A stretch of DNA of 62,358 nucleotides, taken from assembly GCA_028286865.1 (NCBI GenBank), contig JAQBQU010000016.1, positions 1 to 62,358 of the forward strand, in the 5' to 3' direction. Below the pieces are notes generated by a model. That model made no database searches, was not told the DNA's origin, and saw only the letters and a list, made by a program, of their open reading frames with translations. How positions within the stretch are numbered: position 1 is the stretch's first letter; every line of letters begins with the position of its first letter. Source of the DNA: Candidatus Kaiserbacteria bacterium. Lineage in GTDB: Bacteria; Patescibacteriota; Minisyncoccia; Phycocordibacterales; UBA2100. Shown here one piece after another: positions 1 through 8,258 of this stretch. Made by a program: the position numbers and the translations under genes.

Positions 1-31
1 TTTAAGCATGATTTGAGCCATGGTAGAGATA

Positions 32-59
32 TTGACTTTGGTGCTTTTTGTGCTATAAT
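32..59 (+). promoter_or_regulatory. sigma70-like promoter upstream of the histidine phosphatase gene
   Basis: -35 TTGACT at 32-37, 16-nt spacer, extended -10 TGcTATAAT at 51-59. A GGGGAG Shine-Dalgarno at 109-114 lies 6 nt before ATG 121. Confidence 0.6.
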
Positions 60-120
60 TCCTGTAGTGGACTCAGAGGCCAGAAGCCGATGAGCCAAAA
101 CGAATTTTGGGGAGTAATCG

Positions 121-705
121 ATGCAAATCTTCTGTTTCCGTCACGGCAAGGCTGTCCCGGTGACCGAGGGCGGCAAAGATATCGATCGCGTGCTCGGTGA
201 AATCGGCAAAAATCAAGCGCTGGATCGTCGCGCCAAGATGGGTGATCCAAGGTTCGATCTGGTCATCTCGTCGCCGGCGCCGCGTGCCCTCGACACGGCC
301 GCCATCGTCTCCGGCGGCAACGAGGACACGTTCGTCGTCGTTCCCGACCTGTATCCCGATCCCAGCAAAGAGGTCGGCAAGCAGATCGACAACGCCTTCG
401 CCCGCCTCGCCTATGTGCCGGTCGCGCAGTACCTCGAAGATCCGGAAGGCAAGGCGATCATGACCTGGGCACACAATGTCTGGTACGAGGACATCAAGGG
501 CCGACTCGGCAACGCCGAGTGCGTCGCCATCTTCGGTCATGCCGTCTGTTTGCAGGCGCTCGGGATCCAAATCTGCGAAGATCACGGTTATGCCGCCGCA
601 CAGATAATCCAGCTCGGCAATCTGAACCTCGGCGAATGCGAAGGGTTCGTTATCAACTTCGACGATAACGGAATGGTCGACGGCATCGGACTGATCAACA
701 ACTGA
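121..705 (+). CDS. histidine phosphatase superfamily protein (phosphoglycerate mutase / SixA-like)
   Basis: 194 aa with an N-terminal RHG catalytic motif (FCFRHGKA). Promoter and SD lie upstream, a hairpin terminator downstream. Confidence 0.7.
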   Translation: MQIFCFRHGKAVPVTEGGKDIDRVLGEIGKNQALDRRAKMGDPRFDLVISSPAPRALDTAAIVSGGNEDTFVVVPDLYPDPSKEVGKQIDNAFARLAYVPVAQYLEDPEGKAIMTWAHNVWYEDIKGRLGNAECVAIFGHAVCLQALGIQICEDHGYAAAQIIQLGNLNLGECEGFVINFDDNGMVDGIGLINN

Positions 706-736
706 ACATTACGTATCGCGCAAATGCGCGATATAA

Positions 737-771
737 GAAAGGCCCGGGATGTTCCCGGGCCTTTAACTTTT
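737..771. terminator. bidirectional hairpin terminator between convergent genes
   Basis: GGCCCGGGA-tgt-TCCCGGGCC stem flanked by an A-run and a T-run (TTTAACTTTTT). Confidence 0.7.
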
Positions 772-1853
772 TATATTTTCCGCACCGTCCCCTTCTCGGC
801 ATCCACCTCCACCATATCTCCGTCTTTCAGAACTCTTGAGGCGATCTTCGTCCCCACGACACATGGTTTGCCGAGTTCGCGCGCCGTGAGCGCTGCGTGC
901 GAGAGCATGCCCCCGGTATCGGTCACGATAGCCGCTGCTTTTCTCAGTGCCGGCATCAGATCAGGTGCCGTCGTGGGAGAGACCAGAACATCCCCTTCGT
1001 TCATGGCATCCATCTTTCTCTGCGTCGTTGAGAAGTCGATGTAGTCACTGTTGATGATCCGCACAACGCCGCGAACGACCGGTCCCTTACTCGCACATTG
1101 CCCTCGCAGTTCAAGAGCGGCGCTCACATCCTGCTTCGCTTCAAACGCTTCTATATATGTGTCTGCCTCGTCCCCGACGAGCATCGTGGACGTCCCGTCG
1201 GTGTCCAACAGATATACGTATGATCTCTGGCGCGCCTGCAACTCATCTTTTGAAAGGAATGTGCCTTCGAATGCGCGCGCAAGTTCCGGACCGAAGTACC
1301 AGGAGATATCGTCCGGCTCAATACCGAGCTGGACGGCCAGGCGGCGAAGTACACCGAGAAAATTCTTCGACGTGTCAAAAAAGAGTGCCGAGAATTCTTC
1401 GCGCAATACGTTCTTCTCCTTCTCCGCATACTCGAGCGCAGCGGCGGTCCCCGGCTGATCACGATGAGGATACGCGCCGTCGGTGTACCAGGCGTCAAAA
1501 TGCTCATAATCTTTAAAACATTTTCCCGATATCTCGATCAGTTGCTCGATATCTTTCGGTTCGATCGAATGCGCCTCCATCAGATCCGTGCACAAGTGCT
1601 CAAGTTCCGTTCTTCGTTCACGAAAATTTGTTGCAGCTTTGCGTATCGCTTTGTCATCCTTATAAAGCTCGATGCCCTTTTGATTGAGCCGCGTTATCAC
1701 CGACTTAAAAAGATACTGACGCAGGATACCGTTGCGATAGGCGGTAATTGATCCCGGCTCCATATAATATTCACTCACCAGCCATTCCGTGATCGGCGGA
1801 ATGCCATTGGCTTCGTATGTCATCACCACGTCGTCTTCCTTGAGTTGTCGCAT
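771..1853 (-). CDS. PEP-utilizer mobile (swivel phosphohistidine) domain protein lacking an ATP-grasp domain
   Basis: C-terminal motif GDVLVSPTTAPDL...TDTGGMLSHAALTARELGKPCVVG is typical of the PEP-utilizers mobile domain. I chose the start at ATG 1853 (MRQLKEDD), 1 nt after the upstream TAA stop. The track's longer ORF would overlap the upstream gene by 92 nt. Confidence 0.75.
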   Translation of the reverse strand: MRQLKEDDVVMTYEANGIPPITEWLVSEYYMEPGSITAYRNGILRQYLFKSVITRLNQKGIELYKDDKAIRKAATNFRERRTELEHLCTDLMEAHSIEPKDIEQLIEISGKCFKDYEHFDAWYTDGAYPHRDQPGTAAALEYAEKEKNVLREEFSALFFDTSKNFLGVLRRLAVQLGIEPDDISWYFGPELARAFEGTFLSKDELQARQRSYVYLLDTDGTSTMLVGDEADTYIEAFEAKQDVSAALELRGQCASKGPVVRGVVRIINSDYIDFSTTQRKMDAMNEGDVLVSPTTAPDLMPALRKAAAIVTDTGGMLSHAALTARELGKPCVVGTKIASRVLKDGDMVEVDAEKGTVRKI

Positions 1854-1854
1854 A

Positions 1855-3840
1855 TTATATTTTCCGTACCGTTCCTTTCTCCGCATCCACTTCGACCATG
1901 TCACCATCACTGAAGACCCGTGTGGCGAACTTCGTCCCGATGACACAGGGCTTCTGCATCTCTCGCGCGACGATCGCCGCGTGACAGATCACTCCGCCCT
2001 CGTCGGTCACGAATGCGGCCGCACGTTTCATCGCGCTCATGAAATTCGGCGTTGTCATCGGCGAGATGATGATGTCGCCCTGCGCTACATTAACGGCCTC
2101 GCTCTCTTTTCTCACCAGTCGGGCGGTTCCGCGAACGATGCCGGGATATGCACATTGGCCGCGGACTTCGGCGGTGTTCTCAAGAGCAGGTAGGCCTGCA
2201 AATGTGTAGTTCGAATTTTTTTGCACGAACTCGCTGAGTGTCCCGAGGAACGTGTCTGTACCACCGACATATACAAATGACTTAACTCGCTCATCTAATA
2301 CCCCCGCCACGGGAATATGTTCTATCTCATCGGGCAGAACGACTCCCGCAGCCTCGAACGATATGCCGCCGATCTTCGCGATGCTCTTGCGGATGAATGT
2401 GTCGTTGTCGCCGAAGAGTTCGTAGCTTTCACGGATACGGAGTGCCAGCGCTTTTGATCCGGCCGTGTGCCTCTCATCCGCTCCGATGTAGAAGAAGATG
2501 CTCATAACGAACGCCGCTTGATAGAAGAGCTCGCCGCATTCGCGGACGGATGCGATATCGGAGAGGTATTCTTTCGAGTGGAATGCTTTCAATCGTGCTA
2601 CGAGGGAGCCGTATTCATCGGCGAGCCCGCTGAGCCACTTCGGATCATCTTTCGTCTCTTCAAGGATGCGATCAAAGAGCCACGATATCGCCTGCTTATT
2701 TTCCCAGATCTCCACGACGCCGTCGTTGACATAATGTGCAGCGAACGGCGGGTGCGGATTGTTCCATCCGCATTTCTCCTGTGCAAGGTAGGAGAGTCCC
2801 CTCGCCCAGAGCCCCTGAAGAAAGAGCGTCGTGTCGCGTGTATACGATTTCTCGAAAACAATGCTGATGTTGACGGCTGTGCCAGGTGCTTCCTTTTTGG
2901 AGAGCGTTGTGATCGGTCGCGATTGGGTGATATAGAAATGGCCTGCTTCGTATGCCCATTCGATGTCGCAGGGGAATCCGTAGTGTTGTTCGATCGTGAG
3001 CACGAGTTCCGCCAGTTCGAGCGCCTGCTCGTCGCTGAGCGCCGGCTTGTTCCCCTCTATTTCCGAAAGCTCTCTCCATTCGTTGCCCTCGACGGCTCCG
3101 CGCCAGAGCGCGCGGCTCTGAAATGTGACGTTCTTATCGATGATGCGGCGCGGCTCCTTTTCTATCACGAAGCTGTCGGGCGTGACCTGCCCGCTCACGA
3201 TCGCTTCGCCGAGACCGAAGCCCGCCTCGATGATGAGCTGATTGAGATCTTCCGTCACCGGGTGCACCGAAAAAGCGATGCCCGAAACTTCCGACTGCAC
3301 CATTTTTTGGATAACAACGGCCACGGATATTTTCGAGCCGTGCATTCCCTTTTCAAATCGGTAGAAGATCGCGCGCGGCGTGAAGAGCGATGCCCAGCAG
3401 CGCTTCACATTTTCAAGCAGTGTCTCATCCGTCGTGTTCAGGAATGTGTCGAGCTGCCCTGCCCATGCAGCCGTCGCACCGTCCTCCGCTGTCGCGCTCG
3501 ATCGCACCGCGACGAATGATGCGTTGAGTTTCCGGAAGTCCGCGACGATCGCGGTCGCGATATCTTCCGGCATCTGCGCGGCGAGGATGAGCGACTGTAT
3601 CCGTTCCGATGCGAGCTCGACGGTGCGGATCTCCTGATTGTTGACGGTGTGAAAAATGGCATCGAGTTCTTGTGAGAGATTCGACTCATCAAGAAATTGT
3701 TCGAATGCTCCGGCGAGGATCACGAAGCCGGGCGGGACCGGGATACCTGCTTGCGTCATCTCTCCGAGGGACGCTCCCTTGCCGCCTGCGATACCCGCAT
3801 CACCTTTTGTGAGACGCTCGAACGGTCGGATAAATTCCAT
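1855..3840 (-). CDS. PPDK_N (PEP/pyruvate-binding ATP-grasp) + C-terminal swivel-His domain protein, PpsA/rifampin-phosphotransferase-like
   Basis: The N-terminus FERLTKGDAGIAGGKGASLGEM...PVPPGFVI matches the PPDK_N ATP-grasp. The C-terminus GDIIISPMTTP...TDEGGVICHAAIVAREMQKPCVIG is a mobile His domain. I saw no TIM-barrel PEP-binding domain. Start ATG 3840 (MEFIRPFERL) is preceded by CATACT-N6. Confidence 0.85.
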   Translation of the reverse strand: MEFIRPFERLTKGDAGIAGGKGASLGEMTQAGIPVPPGFVILAGAFEQFLDESNLSQELDAIFHTVNNQEIRTVELASERIQSLILAAQMPEDIATAIVADFRKLNASFVAVRSSATAEDGATAAWAGQLDTFLNTTDETLLENVKRCWASLFTPRAIFYRFEKGMHGSKISVAVVIQKMVQSEVSGIAFSVHPVTEDLNQLIIEAGFGLGEAIVSGQVTPDSFVIEKEPRRIIDKNVTFQSRALWRGAVEGNEWRELSEIEGNKPALSDEQALELAELVLTIEQHYGFPCDIEWAYEAGHFYITQSRPITTLSKKEAPGTAVNISIVFEKSYTRDTTLFLQGLWARGLSYLAQEKCGWNNPHPPFAAHYVNDGVVEIWENKQAISWLFDRILEETKDDPKWLSGLADEYGSLVARLKAFHSKEYLSDIASVRECGELFYQAAFVMSIFFYIGADERHTAGSKALALRIRESYELFGDNDTFIRKSIAKIGGISFEAAGVVLPDEIEHIPVAGVLDERVKSFVYVGGTDTFLGTLSEFVQKNSNYTFAGLPALENTAEVRGQCAYPGIVRGTARLVRKESEAVNVAQGDIIISPMTTPNFMSAMKRAAAFVTDEGGVICHAAIVAREMQKPCVIGTKFATRVFSDGDMVEVDAEKGTVRKI

Positions 3841-3886
3841 ACGCAGAGTATGAAGGAGCAATGCATTTCGGACAATGGATACGACC

Positions 3887-3910
3887 AAAAGCCGGCTTCC
3901 GCCGGCTTTT
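3887..3910. terminator. symmetric hairpin AAAAGCCGGC-ttcc-GCCGGCTTTT
   Basis: Perfect 10-bp stem with A/T flanks, immediately downstream (minus strand) of the 56-codon ORF 3930-4100. Confidence 0.5.
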
Positions 3911-3929
3911 GGTTGAGATGCAATCTATA

Positions 3930-4100
3930 TTATGCCGTTGCAGGTCTGGAGTGATAGCGCTTGATCGGTATCACATTGGTGTAGCGGGGCTGCTCGTGTA
4001 CTGGAGAAGCAACGCGGAACATACCGACCTGATCATATTTGACCGGATCGAATAGCCTCCATTCCCTGCTCCCCTTTTCTGTACTGTTGAATGAATTCAT
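3930..4100 (-). CDS. candidate small protein (56 aa), unknown function
   Basis: Hand-translated ORF, too short for the supplied track: MNSFNSTEKGSREWRLFDPVKYDQVGMFRVASPVHEQPRYTNVIPIKRYHSRPATA. TAA stop at 3930-3932 is followed by the 3887-3910 hairpin. No clear SD or -10 upstream. Confidence 0.3.
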   Translation of the reverse strand: MNSFNSTEKGSREWRLFDPVKYDQVGMFRVASPVHEQPRYTNVIPIKRYHSRPATA

Positions 4101-4213
4101 ATTTTTTGGCGCGAACGGAAGCGTTATCCTCTTCCCTTCGCTGTATTACTTATAACGTACATGCCATGACAATCGTGTGAAGAATCCTGAAGGCATTGTG
4201 GTATCGTAAACAC

Positions 4214-5014
4214 ATGACAAAGCTCGTTTCATGGAACGTCAACGGCATCCGTGCCGTACACAACAAAGGCTTCTTCAAACCGTTTCTCGACAAGATGAAA
4301 CCTGACATCGTGTGTTTGCAGGAGACCAAGGCGATGCAGGGGCAGGCGGAGATCGACATTTCCGGCTACGAGGAGTATTGGAATTCTGCCACGAAGAAGG
4401 GCTATAGCGGGACCGCGATATTCACGAAAATCAAGCCGTTAAGCGTTATTTTGGGTATTCCGGAGGATATTTTGAAGAAATACGATATGTCCAATGACCC
4501 GTATGGTGATCCGAATGGTGAAGGACGAGTGCTCGCGGCCGAATTTAAGGACTATTATGTCGCGACGGTCTATACACCCAACTCTAAAGATGATCTCAGC
4601 CGCATTCCCCTGCGGTACAAGCTATGGGACCCGGCATTTCTGGAGTACATGAAACGCCTTGAATCCAAGAAGCCCGTTATTTTCTGTGGCGATCTCAATG
4701 TTGCACACACAGAGGACGATCTTGCCAATCCGAAGCCGAATGAGGGCAAGAAGGGTTTCACAGACGAAGAACGAGAAGGCATTGATGAGATGATCGCTGA
4801 GGGATTCGTGGATACCTTCCGCAAGTTCAAAGAAGGCAAAGGATTCTACACGTGGTGGTCGCATTTCGCCGCATCGCGTGAGCGCAACGTCGGATGGCGC
4901 ATCGATTACTTCTTTGTGAGCAAAAAGCTGGAGAAGCATGTGAAGGCAGCGAATATCCACCCTGATATCTTCGGTTCAGATCATTGTCCGATATCCCTTG
5001 AGCTTGATATATAG
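4214..5014 (+). CDS. xth: exodeoxyribonuclease III (AP endonuclease)
   Basis: LVSWNVNGIRA...CLQETK...DHCP motifs of the ExoIII/EEP family. Start ATG 4214 (MTKLVSWNVNG) is preceded by TGgTATCGT-N6. Confidence 0.92.
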   Translation: MTKLVSWNVNGIRAVHNKGFFKPFLDKMKPDIVCLQETKAMQGQAEIDISGYEEYWNSATKKGYSGTAIFTKIKPLSVILGIPEDILKKYDMSNDPYGDPNGEGRVLAAEFKDYYVATVYTPNSKDDLSRIPLRYKLWDPAFLEYMKRLESKKPVIFCGDLNVAHTEDDLANPKPNEGKKGFTDEEREGIDEMIAEGFVDTFRKFKEGKGFYTWWSHFAASRERNVGWRIDYFFVSKKLEKHVKAANIHPDIFGSDHCPISLELDI

Positions 5015-5290
5015 GACATCCGCCAGCTGGCGGACAGGCGCGAATCTATAAAGGACAAGTTATCCACACCCATGTCCTTTACACTGTTCTAACGGACATG
5101 TACTCTCTTCTTTAGCGGCTCTTTATCAGATTTCCGTAATACTTAATTACGGGACATAATCATTACAAAGATCACTTTCACACATTCTATTGTTACGGGC
5201 ACCTCCGTGTCCCGATTGAATTAAAAAGTATCTTAGGATAATGTCTCGCGCTCTTTCAGTAAGACGAAGTCTGTACACCGCACAGCTAAG

Positions 5291-5352
5291 TCGCCTGACG
5301 CAGGCGGCCCCAAAAGAAAAAAGGGCCACCCCGTCAGGCGATTTTTCTTTTT
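5291..5352 (+). terminator. long hairpin + T-run, orphan plus-strand terminator
   Basis: TCGCCTGACG ... CGTCAGGCGA stem with an inner GGCCC/GGGCC stem, followed by TTTTTCTTTTT. No annotated plus-strand gene ends here. Confidence 0.45.
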
Positions 5353-5492
5353 CCGGCCTTGTAATATGACCCGCCTGCGTCGTCGAAGTCTGCATTGTCG
5401 CTGTCGTCGTACATCCAGTACGCCTCCATCGCCACTTTGACTTCTTCTAGCATTCGGGCCATCTTCCAAGGCCTTTACAGTACCGAGCGGTA

Positions 5493-6962
5493 CTAATTTA
5501 CATGATGTTTCGAGCGGAGTTTTTGTACTTCGGCCATATCCTCCTCCTCTTTTCTATCCTTTCCTGCAACGCCTAGCTTTTTTAGCTCATCATCAGGCAT
5601 TTGGCCCATCTCCTGAGCCCTTTTTTCAAGATATTCTTCGGTGTTTTTTGCCGGTTCGTCTAGCACCTCTTCGAGGAGCGCATGCAGTATCCAGCCCATG
5701 CGCGGGCCCGGCTTCTGGCCTATTTCCATCAAACGCTTGCCGTCGATCTTGAGCATGCCGACTGATACCGCATCTCGCATCGCTTCGTCGATCATCGACA
5801 TATACTTTCTGAGGCGGAACGGATGCTCCTTGGGGCGTCCGGTACCGATGCGGTCGCACACGCGCAAATTCACGAGGTCATTGATGTTCTCCTTCCCTAC
5901 CCGAGCGATAAGACGGCGTACGGCGGCAAGCGTCACCAGGTCAGGATCGGAGAAGAACATGTGCCACCGCACCAAAAGCACTATTTTAGTCGCCATTTCC
6001 TTCGGAAGCTTCAGGTCGGCCAATATTTTCTTGGCCATACGCGCCGACACGACGTCATGACCATAAAAGGTCCAGTCCCCCTTCTCCGGCGAGTGCGCAC
6101 GGGTCGCGGGCTTGCCGATGTCGTGCAAAAGCGCGGCAAAACGTACATCAAGCGGCCATTCTTTGTCTGCTGCATGCTGAAGACTACGCATCAGGTGTTC
6201 GAATACGTCGAATGAGTGCGCTTGGTTCTGTGCACAGCCGATCCCGTCTTCAAGCTCCGGAATAATATATTTCAAAATACCGAGCTTTTGAGCGACATAC
6301 AGCGCCTGCATCGGGCGCGGGCTCATCAGAATGCGGATGAGTTCGTCACGCACACGTTCGCGTGAAATGTTCTCGAGCTTGGATGACTCTGCGGCGATCG
6401 CACTCATCGCAGTGGAGTCGATCACGAAGTCGAGCTCTGCGGAGAGACGCACGGCACGGAGCATGCGAAGCGCATCCTCCGCAAAACGCTCGCGGGCCTC
6501 CCCCACGGTCGCAATAATGCGTTTCTCGAGGTCCTGCTGACCGTTGTGCAGATCCACCAGCTCTTCCGTACCCGGTTCATACGCGATCGCATTGATCGTG
6601 AAGTCGCGGCGCTTCAGATCGTCCTCGATCTTCTCGCTGAACTTCACGTCGTCCGGATGGCGAGCATTGGAATACTCCCCTTCAATACGATACGGCGTGA
6701 TCTCTATCACTTTCAGGCGCGGATCTTCGGATTGGGTCACGACGCCGACGGTCCCGTATGTATTTTCGTAGAATGTTTCGGTGAAGAGCGCTTGTATCTG
6801 CTCGGGGCGTGCATTGGTGGTAAGGTCCCAATCTTTCGGAACGCGACCAAGCAAGAGATCGCGGACGCATCCACCGACGAGGTACGCTTCAAAACCCGCC
6901 GCGCGAAGCGTGTCATATGCTGATCTGACTTCGGGTGGGATAGAAAGTGAGATCGTTTTCAT
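5493..6962 (-). CDS. cca: CCA-adding tRNA nucleotidyltransferase with HD domain
   Basis: 489 aa. The polymerase-beta head motif GGCVRDLLLGRVPKDWDLTT and an HD domain (LLHDIGKP) are present. Confidence 0.9.
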   Translation of the reverse strand: MKTISLSIPPEVRSAYDTLRAAGFEAYLVGGCVRDLLLGRVPKDWDLTTNARPEQIQALFTETFYENTYGTVGVVTQSEDPRLKVIEITPYRIEGEYSNARHPDDVKFSEKIEDDLKRRDFTINAIAYEPGTEELVDLHNGQQDLEKRIIATVGEARERFAEDALRMLRAVRLSAELDFVIDSTAMSAIAAESSKLENISRERVRDELIRILMSPRPMQALYVAQKLGILKYIIPELEDGIGCAQNQAHSFDVFEHLMRSLQHAADKEWPLDVRFAALLHDIGKPATRAHSPEKGDWTFYGHDVVSARMAKKILADLKLPKEMATKIVLLVRWHMFFSDPDLVTLAAVRRLIARVGKENINDLVNLRVCDRIGTGRPKEHPFRLRKYMSMIDEAMRDAVSVGMLKIDGKRLMEIGQKPGPRMGWILHALLEEVLDEPAKNTEEYLEKRAQEMGQMPDDELKKLGVAGKDRKEEEDMAEVQKLRSKHHVN

Positions 6963-6994
6963 ATATTGCTATTGTAGTGCATTATAGTCGCATT

Positions 6995-7066
6995 GCTCTC
7001 GTGGTGAAACGGATATCACAGCAGTCTTCGGAACTGCTATTCCAGGTTCGAATCCTGGCGGGAGCA
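6995..7066 (+). tRNA. tRNA-Arg (anticodon TCG)
   Basis: Hand-folded cloverleaf. Acceptor GCTCTCG/CGGGAGC with one G-U pair, D stem GTGA/TCAC, anticodon stem GCAGT/ACTGC. Anticodon loop CTTCGGA, T arm CCAGG-TTCGAAT-CCTGG. No encoded CCA. Confidence 0.9.
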
Positions 7067-7145
7067 CAAAAAGTGTCAACAAGAATTGACATATGGGGAT
7101 AATGTTGTCCTTGCGAATACGTAGAGCGCATAGCATATTGCCCTC

Positions 7146-7739
7146 ATGGCCACAGCGGTAGGATCAGTCACGTTAAATCCGGTCTATATCCCCTTTCTGC
7201 AAAAGCCGTCATGCTGTGCGGTGACCTGTCTGCAAATGATCCTCTACCGAAATGGGGTTCGCCTCTATGATCAGGAAGAACTCGCACAGCGCTTCGGCGT
7301 CAAAATAGGCTCTGAAGAGCAGGATGCATTCCGCTCAGGCATGCCGGTGAGGGAACGCCTCAATTACGATGAGGGTATATCGACGATGGAATCGGTCGAT
7401 GCTCTCAACAAGTTCTTCGCTGAAGAAAGTATTGGCATGAAGGCTACGCGATACATGTACTCTCAGATCGAATCCTTGCAGGAGCTGCTCATAGAGAATC
7501 TTCGAAATAATAACGAGATATGGATCGAATATCATTCTCAAGAAATTCATGATAGCGAACATATTCACGACGGGCTTGTTGAATCTGTCGATTTAACGGC
7601 TCAAACAGTCGTTATTATAGATCCAGTACCACGTCGCCGGCAGCGCATCACGGTGCCCATTGCGATGCTTGAACGCGCACTCTCCGCGACATTCGGCAAA
7701 GAATTGGGGGTAATCTCTGTAAAAAAAGTCGATCTCTAA
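7146..7739 (+). CDS. hypothetical protein, possible C39-like papain-fold cysteine peptidase
   Basis: 197 aa. The N-terminal FLQKPSCCAVTCLQMILYRNG resembles the Q...C(G)...L.M motif of C39-like peptidases, and a later HIHDG could supply the His. This is weak motif-level evidence only. Confidence 0.55.
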   Translation: MATAVGSVTLNPVYIPFLQKPSCCAVTCLQMILYRNGVRLYDQEELAQRFGVKIGSEEQDAFRSGMPVRERLNYDEGISTMESVDALNKFFAEESIGMKATRYMYSQIESLQELLIENLRNNNEIWIEYHSQEIHDSEHIHDGLVESVDLTAQTVVIIDPVPRRRQRITVPIAMLERALSATFGKELGVISVKKVDL

Positions 7740-7771
7740 GGGCGATACAGTGTTTGCGGGGCTTATATGGG

Positions 7772-7845
7772 TTCCGAGGGAAGGATTCGAACCTTCACTT
7801 TCAAGTTCCGAACTTGAATGCTCTTCCGGTTTGAGCTACCCCGGT
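7772..7845 (-). tRNA. tRNA-Pro-like (anticodon CGG), atypical
   Basis: RC sequence is ACCGGGGTAGCTCAAACCGGAAGAGCATTCAAGTTCGGAACTTGAAAGTGAAGGTTCGAATCCTTCCCTCGGAA. T arm GAAGG-TTCGAAT-CCTTC, D stem GCTC/GAGC, anticodon loop TTCGGAA. Anomalies are an A1-A72 mismatch, A37 instead of G37, and a 6-bp anticodon stem. Confidence 0.6.
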
Positions 7846-8223
7846 ATCTGTGGTCGCGTCCTATGAAGTTGGTGGGCTGAGGCAAGTACGATCTGTTTTC
7901 ATAGAGGGTTTATATAAAGCGGATAATGTGAGCAATTATTTTCTCGGGATGGGACTTACGGAGGCTTTTCGGTGGTTTCTATTTCCATATTCTTTATTTA
8001 TTGTTAATTCCTACAGCATAAAAAGCGGTTCTTTAGCTCGTTTATGGAGGCCCTGTTTTGTTATTGGTCATAGACATACGTAGTCTATGCCTAGGTATAA
8101 TAATGTCAATGAGTTCTGACAGATATGGTGTGGATAACTACAATATGGCTCTATATAGAGCCATATTTGACATAATATAGTATCAATTTTGTATAACAAA
8201 ACATAGTTATTCACACATAATGC

Positions 8224-8252
8224 TTGCCAATACTCTTTGACAAAGATATACT
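8224..8252 (+). promoter_or_regulatory. sigma70-like promoter of the GC-rich RNA unit
   Basis: -35 TTGCCA at 8224-8229, 17-nt spacer, -10 TATACT at 8247-8252. The predicted TSS near 8259 coincides with the abrupt switch from AT-rich to GC-rich sequence. Confidence 0.55.
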
Positions 8253-8258
8253 CTTCAG

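Noticed and set aside
2467-3519. 350-aa plus-strand ORF antisense to the PPDK_N gene. Similar long antisense ORFs occur at 22128-22856, 26105-27091, 33644-34819, 36595-37437, 44562-45335 and 47190-48038.
   Set aside because: Each is phase-aligned with the well-supported gene on the other strand (checked by coordinate arithmetic; 33644-34819 is aligned only with the first of the two genes it overlaps) and is Arg/His-rich. None has a start-site signal. They are codon-bias shadow ORFs.
7850-8083. 77-aa GTG-initiated plus-strand ORF in the long spacer after tRNA-Pro.
   Set aside because: It is AT-rich, low-complexity and Phe/Leu/Ser-rich, has no SD or -10/N6 signal, and overlaps the tRNA flank. 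It is probably non-coding.
8087-8114. dif-like XerC/D site (CCTAGGTATAATAATGTCAATGAG resembles the B. subtilis dif left arm and ATTATGT core).
   Set aside because: It lacks the 11-6-11 structure with inverted CATAA/TTATG arms, and only about 7/10 positions match in the XerD arm. This is probably just AT-rich sequence.
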